A DNA stretch of 63,289 bases, counting the filler, from Parasitella parasitica NRRL 2501 (lineage: Eukaryota; Fungi; Mucoromycota): assembly GCA_025201805.1 (NCBI GenBank). It is 5 parts of 5 records of this genome, joined end to end, with 100 filler letters (N's around TTAATTAATTAA, not from the genome) between each part and the next. Parts side by side here need not be neighbours in the genome. Positions count along the whole stretch, not along the records: positions 1 to 28,994 come from MU619311.1; 4 more parts are not named here. One strand, 5' to 3'. The translations under genes and the position numbers were made by a program. Each line of letters opens with the position of its first letter. The stretch's first letter is position 1. Positions 11,758-26,338 of the stretch are shown piece after piece. The notes under the pieces were generated by a model. It did not search any database and was not told where the DNA came from. It saw nothing but the letters and a program-made list of their open reading frames with translations.

Positions 11758-13069
11758 TAAATGATGGTTTGCATCCAAGGCATGTTTAGCACGTCTTGGA
11801 CTGTAATACGGCGGCTGCAATCAGGATTTAGCATAGCGTACATGAGTGTGCGTGGCTCGCGCGCCAGCTTGTTAAACGGGTCATATTGTCGCAAGGGCCG
11901 TTTGCGTAGATAGATAGGGTAGTTTGTGTCTGTCATGAGAGCTGATCCGAAAGGAACGCCGTCGAATTTCATGCAGAACAGAATAATGCCAGCTGCCCAT
12001 ACATCCACTGGCGCTGCCCAATAGCCTTGGTCCAGGAATATCTCCGGCGCCATGTAGGGTGTTGTGCCGCACAGTCCATCAGACAGTCGACTGTGCTCTT
12101 GCCATGCTACTCGAAACACATCAGCAGATCCGAAATCTGAAATCTTCAAAACGCCGTTGTGGATCAGCAAGTTTTCCGGCTTTAAATCGCGATGAGCGAC
12201 ACCCAGAGAATGCAGATAGTTCAGGCCTTGCAGCAGCTGTTTAAAGTAGGCGTATATCTCTGCGTCCTCCATCTTGCCTAGTTTGATGAGAGCATACATG
12301 TCACCCTGGGGACACTGTAAAAGAGGGCTTTAGTAAAAACTCTGCAAACGACAATGGTGGAAAACACACTTACAAACTCCATGACAATGCAGTATCTCTC
12401 ATGGTCATTGTCCATGCGTACAAAGTCCAAGGTCTTTACAATGTTTGCATGGTTTAGAGCAGAAGCAATGCAGAATTCACCAGCCAGTGCTTTCATGTAG
12501 CCTGTCAGCGTCTCTCTTCTTTTGCGCTTGCGAAATATTTTAACTGCAAATAGCGCATCGTCGTGCTGTCGCTGAGCCAGTTGGACAGTTGCAGACACAC
12601 CCTCGCCGATGTGTTTATTGATTAATGTGCCATAAGTGCTCAAACAAGGCGAAGCGTCTCCGAATTCGTGGTTGTGAGGCGGTGGCGGCGATGAGGAATG
12701 CGGGTTGTTGCTGTGCAGTCTCAATTTCGAGAACAGGCCCCGCATGAATGACCATTTCTGCGGTTGAGATATATCTGTATCTGAGTCTTCTTCATGATTG
12801 CTGCTGTTATCGCTGTCTTGGTTGGACGAATCGCAGAGCGTAGAGTCGTAGCCGTCGTCGTCGGATTCGTACTCATATTCATACAGTGTCTCTTCCTCGT
12901 CTTGGTCTGTGTCTGATTGCGGTTCTTGATTCAACCGAATTGTTGCATGTGCCGTGGCGGTGGCCGTCGCTGCAACTTGATCGGAGACGTTTGGTTGTCT
13001 ATCGGATTCAATAAAATGTCTGCTAATCTCTTGAGGAACAAAAGAATAAAGCTCTTTTTTTTTATCCAT
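11754..13069 (-). CDS. HAL/NPR-family Ser/Thr protein kinase (SAT4/HRK1-like)
   Basis: [49 protein letters not shown] and [12 protein letters not shown]. Intron at about 12316-12373. Confidence 0.92.
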
Positions 13070-13307
13070 GAGTGCGTGTGTGTGTGTGTGTGTTTTTTGT
13101 AAAAGTTAGGAAATCAAGAGTGGTTTGAATGGCATTTTGATGGAATAAATTCAAGGTTGTGAGAGGAATTGGGGGGGGGCGGGGGATTGGGGTCCATTTC
13201 GTGCACTTCGGGGCATATAAAAATATTTACTATGCACTTTAAAATTTTGTTTGCTTGTTCTCTAATTTTTTTTTTTCCTGTTTATTATACACAAATCTTT
13301 TAATATC

Positions 13308-14090
13308 ATGGAAGCATCTATTGTCCACTACAACCGTGCAGAATATATTGAAACTGTAAAAATAAGATGCGAAACAAAATGCGCCAAATCACAGTAAATT
13401 AACATGCTGATGCTGTAGGATACAGGGAACAAAGTCAGTAGAAAATCAGTGATTTGTGGAAGTCAAAATATCATTCTTGGTGGAAAAGTAAGGCCCACAG
13501 GCGTACCCTTTTTCTTTTTTTTTCTTTTTTTTTTATGCAATAAACAAAAAGCATTATTAAGTGAGCCTCTAGACCATTATCCAAACAGATTGTGTCATTC
13601 GCGGTGATCTACGTCGAACTGGAGGAGGACATGCTGTTGTGATTGCTATTGGCAGATATTGTCTATTGTCGCAAAGCTCTGTTATCCGACCTCCTTACAA
13701 AACTTACAAAGGGTAATCATAGCTTTCTGCATTTTATTTTTCATATCTTGCAAATCACTAAAATAGGTAGTATGTGCTAGTATTTTCAGTTACTATCCGA
13801 TGAAGATTGGAGACCATGTCACTATAGGCGAGGGCAGCATTGTCGAAGCAGCAACCATTGGATCTCATGTCAGCATTGGCAAGAACTGCATCATTGGAAG
13901 ATTTGCCATTATCAAGGATTGCTGTTCGATCACAGACAATACCATTATACCACCAAATACGGTCGTACCCTCATTCAGCGTCTATTCGGGTTCACCAGGA
14001 AAATACCAGGACGAGCTACCTGAATGCACTCAGGAGCTATACGAGAACAAAACCAAAGATTACTATGCGAAATTCATGCCCAAAGACTAG
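13308..14090 (+). CDS. DCTN5: Dynactin subunit 5 (p25)
   Basis: Spliced [41 protein letters not shown]...IRPPYK...PMKIGDHV with hexapeptide (left-handed beta-helix) repeats. Confidence 0.93.
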
Positions 14091-14635
14091 ATGAAGAAGT
14101 AAATGTCTATTGCAATACTCGTTTTTTTTTTCCAAGTATTTTAGTCATCAAGATATATGAATTGCTATAAAGTAAAATGTTTGTCTTATATCTGGAATCC
14201 ATTGATTCGATGCATTTTGCCATGTATAAATTTAATTTTTGCAGTAGAATCAATTTTCTTTTTGTCATTTGATTGTCGTAAGAATTTACAATCAAAGAAA
14301 TTGACGGCAGTAAGAACTGAACAACGTGTAGGCCGAGCAACTGGTAGAATTTTGCGTATATCATGCCTATCATACGCAAAATAGACCTCGTTCATTAGGT
14401 GATGATTTCGATACGAACCGCAAGTTTATCCTTCAGTTTTTTTTTTTTTCTGCTCCAGTTTATCAACAAACAATAAAAGCTTATTTTTGCAGTTACCATA
14501 ATACATGGAGGATCCACCTAGGTTATTAATTAACCAAGTATAATGGAGCACATTTGCTATATATTCTGTCTTGCTTTCTGTCTCTTTTGCTTCTATTTTT
14601 TTTGTTTTTGTTTTCTCTATCTTTCTTGAACCGCC

Positions 14636-17549
14636 ATGTTTAGTGTCATTCGATTGATTGTGTTTATTGCGATATTTGCAGTTTACACATCATCGCTCGA
14701 AATTGATTTTGTACCCAACACATTTGTCATTGAATTTGACCGACCCATTCACTCATTTGCATCAAAAAGACATGTGCTCAGCAAAAGGTCTATTTTTTAT
14801 CAGCAGCTGGCAGCTTATAATATCAGTTATGATGTTCGACATGAATATGAAGTAATCAATGCTGTGTCCGTTGCGTTCAAATCAGCACAAGACTCTTCCT
14901 TATTTTTTGAAAAGGCGTTGGGCGTAAAAAAAGCATGGCCAGTGGTAAAGTTGATCTCTCCCTCCCCCCCCCTCCCCCTCGTTTCATCACATTACTGTGT
15001 AGTATATTAATTAGAGACATTAGAGCACTATATCGAAACCCGCTGTATATCAAACAAAAAGCCAAGACAGCAATGACAACATTAGCTCGTTGTTCGGCTT
15101 ATACAATGCTACTGGTATTAGCAGAGTTAGAGATGAATTAGGGTATGTTGACATACGCGGATCAATAAACTCTAACATCGCAGAGCGCTGATGAACAATG
15201 TATACAGTATCACTGGGAAAGGTATCAAAGTAGGCATTATTGACACTGGTGTTGATTATCTGCATCCTGCTCTGGGCGGCTGTTTTGGCGAAAATTGTCG
15301 GGTTGCCTATGGTTATGATTTTGTAGGTGACGAGTACAATGGTGACAACGCTCCCAATCCTGACAGTGACCCTCGAGACACTTGCAACGGCCATGGCACT
15401 CACGTTGCTGGAATCATTGGCGCAAGAGATGCAACACTGCAGTTTACAGGCATTGCTCCTGATGGTAATAGTTACCGTTCAAAAAGAGAGAGAGAGACAA
15501 GCAAAAGAATCTAACCTTGTCTATAGTTACGTTTGGCGCTTATAGAATATTTGGTTGCGCTGGTAGCAGCTCTGACGACGTGATTATGAAAGCCATGGAA
15601 CGAGCCTATCTGGATGGCATGGATGTCATTAATCTATCGCTCGGTGATGTCGGGTGGCCCGAGTCTCCTGCTTCTCTGCTGGCTGACGAACTCGCATTGA
15701 AGGGCATGATTGTGTGTGCTGCTGCTGGTAACGAAGGCGATAAAGGTATCTTTGAAGTAGGCGCTCCTTCACTCGGCAAACATGCTCTGTCTATCGCCAG
15801 TGTGGACAACACACATGTTCTCTCGCACACCATTAGGCTGCAAAACAACCTGACTTTGGGCTACCTAACTGCAAACGGCACCAGATTCAATATTTCAACC
15901 GCCCGTCTTACTACTTTGGGCGAGTTCTTGGCTGACAGAGACGGCTGCGACCCGCTAAAAGTCAATGCCATGGGCAAGGTAGTGCTGATGAACCGCGGCG
16001 GCTGCATGTTCTCGCAAAAGATCCTAAATGCGCAAGAAGCTGGTGCTATCGGTGTCATTATTTACAACAACATTCCTGGGCCTGTCACCCCATCTATTTC
16101 TGAGGGCAAAGTAGATATCGAGTATGGCGGCATCTCCAAGGCAGACGGCTATGAATTGTTCCACTATCTGAAAAGGAATCCTGATTACGATACTATTGAA
16201 TTCTTGAGAGAAGACTTGAGCTTCCCCGTGCCCACCGCTGGTTCGATTAGCGATTTTAGTTCGTGGGGCTTGGGCCCTGATTTGAGCCTTAAACCCGATA
16301 TCAGTGCTCCCGGAGGCCAAATATACTCGACGTAAGTAGAAAGAAAAAAAAAACCAGTGCGAATGTAATCGGACATCATTTACAATGACATTTATGTATC
16401 AGGTATCCAGTCGACTTGGGCAGCTATGCAACTCTAAGTGGCACAAGTATGGCAAGTCCGTACGTTGCGGGTGCAGTGGCGTTGCTTCAAGAATCGCGGG
16501 GCGGTAATCGTGCTATTGGAGCCAAGGAAGTACGCACCATGCTGATCAACAATGGCCATCCTTTCAACATCCTCAACTCCGAGTCTTTGGAATCTGTAGC
16601 AAGACAAGGGTCTGGCCTGATTGACGTCTACCATGCGGTGACATCTGATACCAGCGTTTTTCCCGAGCAAATCCGTCTCAATGATGCAGAGCATGGCGCT
16701 GAAAACCACGAGTATACGCTTACGATCAAGAATAACGGCCGTCTAGCTTCGGAGTACCTGATCACTCATATGGTAGCAAGCACTGCGCAAGGGTTCAAGA
16801 TAAAGGGGACAGGCAACGATGCGTTTCCCCTAAAAAAGCCAATTCTGCTATCCAACCACGAAGCGGATGCCATGGTTGATATTTTGAGCCCTGTGGTATT
16901 GGTCGAAGCCAATGAGGAGCTGAATGTTACTGTACGAATCGCACCTCCAGCCAACTCGGCATCGATGCCACCGTCTATTTACTCGGGATACATTGCCATA
17001 AGTAAAAGCCACGAACGAGAAGATGTCAAATACGTGCCCTACGCTGGACTGACTACTAATCTATCACAACTGCCCGTATTGCTGATCAATAGCACCACGC
17101 CTCATTTACTCAGCCAGCACATCAACGTGTTCTCGCCCGCATTGTTGTCCATGCAGTTGGCAGAAGCCTCGCCATTGCTGAGTGTGTCGGTCGTAAATGC
17201 AGCCGATGTCAGCCAAAACTATGGCCTTGTTCCCGGCGGCTACTCACGATACGTAGGAAGAAACAGCATCGACGACCCGACAGATGTGCTGATCTTGTCG
17301 TGGTACGGCAATGTTGCAACGACGCCCGAACAAGCTTCACTAGGCGCCTTTTCAAGGCAAAGCAGGACTCAAGATGTGCAGAACCAAGAACTGGCATCTA
17401 CAGCGCTCAACCAAGAAATCTCTCAGATTGGCACAAAACTTGAAAAAGGAGTCTATAAGCTAAAGGTGATGGCTCTGAAACCATTCGGTAACGTGGATAA
17501 CGATCAGGATTATGACATCTGGTATTCCCCAGACATCGTGTTGGAGTGA
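14636..17549 (+). CDS. Secreted subtilisin-like S8 peptidase with PA and Fn3-like domains (Vpr-type)
   Basis: Signal peptide. Catalytic triad motifs VGIIDTGVDY, HGTHVAGII and SGTSMASPYVAG. PA domain with RGGCMFSQK. Confidence 0.95.
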
Positions 17550-17881
17550 TTTTTCAAGTCCGGTCGAAAATTTTACACAGGAAACTAAATGCTTTCCACT
17601 ATCATATATATATATCTTTTCTTTTTCCCTCCATTATACAACCTTTTCTTCCCTATTCAGAAATATAGGCATTAATAAACCTTACTCATAATTATATACA
17701 CTAGGTAAAAAATCATATTTTTTTCTGGTTTTTTTTTTAGGAATTCAAGAGCTGTTTGTTCCAAAGCTAAAGAGACACACATTTTTAACTTCAACCAACA
17801 ATAGCAAAAGGGCGTTTTTCTTCTTCAATTAAACATACGAAAAAAAAAGAAATAAAAAAAAAATAAAAAAAAAGAAAAGAT

Positions 17882-20144
17882 ATGGAAAGAAGACCCAAGC
17901 GTTCAAACGCTGTAGAGAAAGACTACAGAGAACATAAGCGAGTTCGAAGAAGAAGCAGCACTGATAATGTAAGGCCCGTCTTTCTTCTATCAATGGATCT
18001 TTTTTTTATTTCTATTTTTTTATTTCGTAAAATAATCGAGTTCATAGCCTGTAGCCACCAGCAGCAAGCACACTAATGCCAAGGCAATAAACAAGGATCG
18101 ACAAGCAGGAAAAGACGAGGAATCTTCCGATACTGCGATAATCCAAAGCATATACAACGATCTGTTGCAATTGAAAGATGCCGAAGAGTAAGCTGAACTA
18201 TTCAATCCGTCAAGGGCTGGTTGCTGATTCTCTTTATAGCGAGGAATACGATCTTTGTGGCATATTCATGGAGCTACCTTCGAAAGACGACTATCCAGAC
18301 TACTATCAAGTGATTAAGCACCCCATTGCGCTGGAAAATATCAAGGTAATTGGGACACTAACGCGTCAACTCTGTCGTATTAACTCGCCTTTTCCATCCT
18401 CAGGCAAAGATGGATGCGCACGAATATAGAGAATTGGCCCAGTTCAAGTCTGACATTGACCTGATGGCTTCAAATGCAAAGAAATACAATGTAAAAGGAT
18501 CACAAGTCTACGAAGACGCTATCAAAATCCAGGTAATTTTGGATGTCTCCGTGACAAGTGGAAAAAGATGGCAATGCTAATCTCCCGCGCTTCCAAATAG
18601 AAATTTGTTAAAAGCTGGCAACCATCCACAGCGAAAACAGCGCTGAAGTTTCCAGGCAGGACCTTTTCACCATCGTCGGCGTCATCAGCGTCGTCGAAAG
18701 GCACCTCACCAGCAAAGATCAAAGCTATCAAGCTTAAAGCCGTCGACAAGCACAAGAGCAAAAGCAACATGAGGGCGCTGATGACAGCCATCACGAAACG
18801 AGAAACAAAGCGATGCTTGGATTTGTTGGAGGAAGATCAGGATTTGGATCCCAACGAATTAGTGTCTGTTGAAATGTTCAATGATAAATTCACGTGGTCA
18901 CCCCTTCATGCAGCAGCGTACGCCGGAGATGTCAAAGTGGTGGAAGCACTGATGGCTAGAGGAGCAGATGTCGAGCTGAACGATACGTGGCACGCTGCTA
19001 CACCACTGGGCTGGGCTGCCTTTGGTGATAGAGACAAGGTCGTCAAAGCTTTATTAGAGAAATACCATGCAAACACTAAAGCTGAGAATGTGCATGGCCA
19101 GGTACCCTTTGACGTTGTCTCTGATCAAGACGATCCTCGATGGATTGGACTTTTCAAAGAAGCACCGCGCAGCACTGTTACCCCTACTGCTGCCAAAATT
19201 TCCTTGCCGCCAAAGCTGCAGATGCAGCAACAGCAATTGCAGCAAAAGCAGCAGCAGCAACAAACGCTTCAGCAACAACAAGCGCTTAAGCATCAGCAGC
19301 TGCAGTCTCAGCAAATCGTGCTGCAGTCATATCCATCAGCAAACAATAATGCCAAGAATACAACAGGTAAGAAGTACATCTGAACCGCACTTTGTATCCA
19401 CCCCCCGTAAACCTAACCTTGTTGGGCACCAGGCGATGGACAAATACTAAAGAAGAGAAGAGGCAGACCACCAAAGAGCGAAACAGACGCGGCGGCTGTT
19501 AGACCCACAGCCGAGATTGACATCAATGCGTTTGATCCTGTTGCATTCGAGATTGAATTGTTCAACGCCATCCGAACACATACAGATAACCAGTAAGTTA
19601 CATCTGTTAATTGCTCTCTCCTTTCCCTTCTCTTTTTCTCATTCCTGTCATAACCAACTCCAATAGAGGCCGTCTGTACTCTGAACAGTTTGAAGATCTG
19701 CCTGATCGCAGAGAATATCCTGACTACTACAAGGAAATCAAGAAACCACGGTCATTGACCGAGATTGCAGAAAGGATGCAGACTCGCGCCTATCGCAACC
19801 TTGCCGCGTGGATAGCAGATATGAAGCTGGTGTTTGACAATGCCCTTAGCTACAACGAGCCTGGATCCAGAATATTTCGAGACGCCAAACTATTGCTACG
19901 TTTATTACATCGTTTGAAAGAGCGTATTTTAGCAAGACTACTTGTCCCTATCAGCCAAGAAGACGCTGTGTTCAATCTAGATTTGTCCTCCAGACCCTTT
20001 GACGTGGACGCTTTGAGCGAAGACAAGCGAAAGATCAAGCGCTTCCTGAACAATAATAAATCAAGGACTCAAAGTATGGAGCCTGCCGAGCTTCAGATGA
20101 ACTCTTCTTATTTGCTACAGCAACAGATGATGCTCCAGCAGCAA

Positions 20145-20176
<32 letters not shown>

Positions 20177-20954
20177 ACAGCAACAACAGCAGCAACAGCA
20201 ACAGCAGCAACAGCAACCGCAACAGCAAAGAATGGTGTCTCAAGCTCCATCTCAGCAATCACAATTGGGCACACCTATCATGATGATGCCTGCACCAGTA
20301 CCGCCTCCACAACAACAGCAGCCCTCCTTTGATGTCAATGCCAATAATATGGCTGCATCCAATGCTGCTGCCGCTGCTGCTGCCGCTGCGGTTGCCGCAG
20401 TTGCCGCTGCATCTGCTGTCAGTAACACTAACAACCGCGCATCACCATCTATATTCTCGCCTAATCCAGAAGTTAGTCAGTCATCGCCTAATTCGCCGCT
20501 TCCCAAAGCATCCAAAGAATTTTATGCAACGTGCCAAGACGAATGTGAGTATTGCGTACAAAACAAAGATGGCTTAATGACACTTTTTCTTGTAGTAAAC
20601 CTGTTTATGAATGAATTGCGAATCACAAGCTCCCACAACAGCACTGTCGAAATGTCAATCGACGGAGAGTATCTGAACCATTCCGTGTCTGTGCCCTCCA
20701 ATGTTGAAACACTGACCATTCAGCCGGAGCTTGCCAAAGCCTTGAGGGCGGAAGAAAAGAGATTGAGTATCGTTGTGCTTCAGAACAATATGAAGCTGAA
20801 CACTCCCAATCTGGATGAATGGCAAACAGTTCCATTGACGAGAGGAACCAACATCATTAAAATCAATATCACGGCTAACTGTACAAAGCCAGAATCAAAC
20901 ATCCCAGAGTACAAGTCCAAAACTTATCATCTGTTTGTCACTCGTACTTGGTAA
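17882..20954 (+). CDS. Chromatin protein: bromodomain, ankyrin repeats, AT-hook, bromodomain, polyQ/polyA, C-terminal Ig/cadherin-like beta sandwich (Rsc4/polybromo-like)
   Basis: FMELPSKDDYPDYYQVIKHPIAL; WSPLHAAAYAG and TPLGWAAFG; KKRRGRPPK (about 19447-19475); FEDLPDRREYPDYYKEIKKP...YNEPGS; VPLTRGTNIIKINITA...KTYHLFVTR. Confidence 0.88.
20128..20410 (+). repeat. CAG/CAA polyglutamine and GCN polyalanine coding repeats
   Basis: Direct reading of (CAG/CAA)n and (GCT/GCC)n within the CDS. Confidence 0.95.
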
Positions 20955-21489
20955 TTATAACAAATCTTTCTTATACAATAAACAATAATTCTCTACCATA
21001 TTTTGTTGGTCGTATGCAAAAATTGTTATTATTCTCACAATGTTTGGTGTTTGAAGAGACACCGCTCTATTAATCATTTGACATGCTGTTTGAGACTTTG
21101 AAATAAGCCTTATAGATCGATATTCATAAACTTTGTATCAAAAGATTGATCAGAGTGCCTCGGATAAAGTCCAACTGCTCACTCAGATAGATCAAAGTCA
21201 TCTTTAGTCTGCTGAGATACCGTTCAACATGAAATCACAAGATGCTAATTAATGATAGTAACATTTGTCCATAATAGCTCTAAGGTTCGTCTACCCGGCC
21301 ATAATCATAGCTAGGAGATCATGGCAATGTGCTTCAATTGAAGATTGTCCAATGATGTGATGTGATACGCTTGTGTAAACTGGAGAATTAACTCACTGTT
21401 TCAAATCAAGAAGTTTATTCCAGCAGTAACACGGATCTGAGCACCAGGATAAAGGCTAAGGCACTGTCAGATCAAAGCCGTGTAGCCCT

Positions 21490-21670
21490 TGTTGTATAAC
21501 CTTACTTTGAACCCTGTCAACAAGTAGATTGTTACTGGAAACTAATCTTGTCAATTAGTGAAATAAATGAGCAACTATAAATTCATGTGGTTGCAAAAGG
21601 TATACATAGCAGATGCAATTTCGATCTTAACTAAAGCATCATAAACTTTTTGTATCTCGTTAACCTCTCT
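21490..21670 (+). repeat. Dispersed repeat family Y (copy 1)
   Basis: Homologous to 59296-59454 (direct) and 56780-56962 (inverted), e.g. CTTGTCAATTAGT, ATAGCAGATGCAATTTCGATCTTAA, GTATCTCGTTAAC. Confidence 0.85.
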
Positions 21671-21899
21671 GATTTCTCTATGTTTTTTTTTTTTTTTTTG
21701 TATCCAACAATCACCTCTGTTTTCCCAATATAAAGGGCACGGCGAAATGTTTGTGTAAATGTGTAGTTTTAACCTCATACATACTTTCTGAATAAAACTC
21801 CAGATACGCAACCGGAGACTTTTATAGACATAATTAAAAATATGATATCTCTATTCATACTAAAATTAAATCTTGATCAATCATTATCCACATAACTTG

Positions 21900-22480
21900 C
21901 CGTAGGCCCATATACTGTAGAATCAGCAAAATTGTCTTGTTTTGGCAGTAGCTTGACAACAAAGATAGATATTGGAATTCGGAAAGCGTGGCGAGAAGTT
22001 CATTTATCGTATTAGTATTAGCGTGTATACTTGGCTTGGACCCCAAATCTGTACCTGAAAATGACCCTGAAGCTCGACCCAAAGTTGAAAACTGAAAATC
22101 GAATCTGAAGTTTGGGGTCCAAACATAGCAAAATCTGAAAAACAATCGAAGGTACGTGAAACTCGGGTATGTTGTAAAACGCTGCAAAAAAAGAAGATTT
22201 TGGCAGAAGGTTGTGTCTCTATCACTTAATAGTTGCTAAAGATATCAGAGATTGCATAGTAGGCCTTTAAGCAGGGAAAAAGGTGATGGTCTTAATTAGG
22301 TGGTATTTATTTTAACCAAAACATAAAGTTACATGAAAATAGTTTTTGATGTCATATTTCACAGCATCTTCGCTATTGATTCATATCAAGACATAATCAG
22401 ATTGCTTATGGAGTCTATGTTTTGCTCCTCGATTGAAATAGGTGTTTCACTGCTAAAGGCCTATATTCACAGTGATAAAT
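21900..22480 (-). repeat. Dispersed non-coding repeat family X (copy 1), probably a non-autonomous DNA transposon
   Basis: Reverse complement matches 29480-30030 (TTTTGCTATGTTTGGACCCCAAAC, TTTTCAGTTTTCAACTTTGGGTC, TCTTGATATGAATCAATAGC) and partly 31100-31255. Confidence 0.85.
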
Positions 22481-22889
22481 TAAAGCTCAGTTTCTCAAAA
22501 ATAATAAGCATAATACTGCTAAATGTTTTTTTGTCAGCCTCTGAATTCTGCATCAAACCATATTGGTTATTAGACTTTAAAGAAAATCTTTCGTATTCCA
22601 AACGGTCTTGCTTGTTGTATCCATATAAAAGCTACATATGTAATCTTTTTAAAAGTAAGAATAGCTCTAGGCTTATTTGAAGATTACATCAAGATCAGAT
22701 GGAAATGCTGTGATTTAATAATGTTTGATACTTCCTGTCAAACATCAGATGTTATAGAAATAGACATTGATAAGCATATTTTTTGGTATAGATAGAGATC
22801 ATGTTTATGTCACCTTGCACGACATGGCTACCACTTGATTCCAGACGTATCTCATATTAGGATGTGAGCGTTGATAACTTTGTGAAATT

Positions 22890-23870
<981 letters not shown>

Positions 23871-24813
23871 CCGCGAACTGAAAAGGAACTTTGAAAACAT
23901 CCTTGACAGATGAAAACTCAAGGCCAATATGCGAGTCAAGTACTCTACATTCGAGAGTCATAGGCTCCTGAGGAGCTAGACTTTCATGTCAGAAACATAA
24001 ACAGATCCTTATGATCTCCTTCACTAGATGTACCAATCAAAATTGTTTAGAGTCCCTTCGACTTGGCTGCTGTTTTGGACTTTCGTGCAATAGTAGCAAC
24101 CCATAGAGATGCCCTCCGTCCCTCAGAAAGATTTATACTGGCAACGCTTAAACGCTCCTCAGGACAACCGCTTCCACCTCTAAATCACAATTCCGCTCAA
24201 ACGCCATTTGACAAAGGCCGCGCCTCTGCCTTAGGTGGGTATTGGTTTGAGTAACCTTTGGTGCAGGTAAATTCCAGTTTTAACAGCATACGAAAACGCA
24301 CTATTATGTAGATCTTGTCAATAAATATTTGCATGTTTCGATGTAAATTGGGCTAGTTTTATGCAGTGCCAGGTTTCTACTTTATAAACAGCTTTATCTG
24401 CAAGGCGTTTGGACAAACTATTTTGATTCTGACCTCGGTATATTTATTTACATCGATTCAACAGCATGAGCGTGTATTAACTAGACAAAGCCATGCATAT
24501 TTTCTGTGGGCTGTCAGAGCATTTTACAAGTACATGTGGTTTTACATATTTATGTGGATTTGAAGTTTAGATAAGAAAATATGTTGCTGCATTGAGGGTG
24601 CTGGTACATGTACCACAAGTGATCTACAGCTTACATGTGGATTTTCGTTTATGAAAAAGTTATATAAACCGCTCTCTGTGCAATTTCAACTCTTGTCATT
24701 TACAAACCTTCGCTTCCTCAAACTAATTCTCGGTAAGCGTGTGTTCACTAAACGAAATGCATGTATAAAATCACAAAGTTGGCCAATATATTTAAAAATG
24801 TGTTGTATAGGAA

Positions 24814-25089
24814 ATGATGGCCAAGCTCTGTTTATCACTAGTTATTGCTCTCTTTGCCTCTTGTGTTGTTGTTGCTGACAAATCTGTAACCATTAATAAT
24901 GTTCCTAAAATGAATTTGGTGAAAAACAAGTGCTATCATGTGAAGAGAGCGCCATGGTATGATATAGTAAATGGCAGTGGAGGCACTCTTCATTTATACA
25001 CTGTACCTGGTTGTCATGGGCCAAGCATTGATATGGCTCCATCCAAATCTCAAGAGTATGCTTATTTAGTGTCTTACAAGTTTACATAA
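24814..25089 (+). CDS. Small secreted cysteine-containing protein (91 aa)
   Basis: Hydrophobic signal peptide MMAKLCLSLVIALFASCVVVA. Mature part has C...LYTVPGCHG. Intronless, with a TATAAAA upstream and AATAAA after the stop. Confidence 0.7.
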   Translation: MMAKLCLSLVIALFASCVVVADKSVTINNVPKMNLVKNKCYHVKRAPWYDIVNGSGGTLHLYTVPGCHGPSIDMAPSKSQEYAYLVSYKFT

Positions 25090-25429
25090 GCAAAGATAAT
25101 AAAAAGTTGTAGAAAATTTTCATAATGTACTTTAGATCTATATAGTCTGAATGTGCAGTATAATCGCACGAAAGCGACGCTTATGCCATTCAAGGTTCAG
25201 TACATGCGCTTTCGATATAGCAAAATTATTTTGTAATTAAGCCAAGCTAATGCAAAGTGATCCATTAAATTAAAAATCTTGATTCATAGTACCACTGACA
25301 TCTCACATCAAATAATATGCCTTTACAGAAAAATCTGTGATATGTGTATCAAAAGGTAAATGTTTAGATCTTGATTATCTGTATGTACAAGAAAATCAGA
25401 TTACAGCAAACGAAAGGCCAAGGCAGCTG

Positions 25430-25924
25430 TTTAAATCTTTGGAAAACCTCTTTGTATTTACCTGAATGAATGGCAATACTCAAACACAAGGAGCTTTCAA
25501 GTTGATTAAGAGATCCTAAATATAAACCCTGCTGCTTGATATAGGCAACTGCTCTCCTCTGAACCATTAAACACATTAGGATCAGCCATAGCAACACAAA
25601 TGATTGCTGGAGAAAGGATGTTATTCTAGGCAGGCGATAGCTCCTGGTGCCTACATCCTCTTATGTATTGAGATTTTTTACATGTAATAACATTCAACAC
25701 TTTTACTTCAGTCAAATGCTCTTCAAAGAATAACGGTTCAACATGGGTTCTTTCTCTCGGATCCTGAGAGAACGCAGAAGGGTTTCACATTCATCTAGTA
25801 GCGATGGGGAACAATTGAAAGTGGACTGATATGTGTATTCAATTTGTTTCTCATATGGAAAGACGACATCCAACTCGCGCTTAAGCTTGCTCATTAGCTC
25901 AACATCTACTGCGCGTTTGCTCAT
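25430..25924 (-). pseudogene. Possible cytochrome P450 C-terminal remnant
   Basis: MSKLKRELDVVFP...LLDECETLLRSLR (J/K helix-like), EDVGTRSYRLPRIT (EDxxxxGYxIPKGT-like) and DPNVFNGSEE, in P450 order. The heme-Cys motif is not recognisable. Confidence 0.4.
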
Positions 25925-26338
25925 TCAAATATTACAACCATAAAATGATTGGCATTGAGTTCAAAGAGTATCAGTAAGCAGCGTATTACTGGGTGTCTTT
26001 AAACATGGTCCAAAATGCAAATCGAAATATCATAATGAAGAGTGATAGTCTATATCTATGTCTACGCAAGGAAATGCACAATTCTTATGCCATATATTTT
26101 GCTCGCTGAGGGCCTTCATACAGCAAAGAAGAAAAGAGCCATTTAACCTTTGCTCGAGCATCGTTGAGATCCCGAAGTACGATGGTCTTAGATTCGGAGG
26201 CACTCAGAGAACCTTATAGCAGCATGTGCAAGATGTTGAACAATTACATCTGTAGACTGGTAAAACAGCTCAATTGATATAAATACAAACTGTAAAACCC
26301 TGATCTTTTTCAAAAACCTACATCTTATATTACACACA

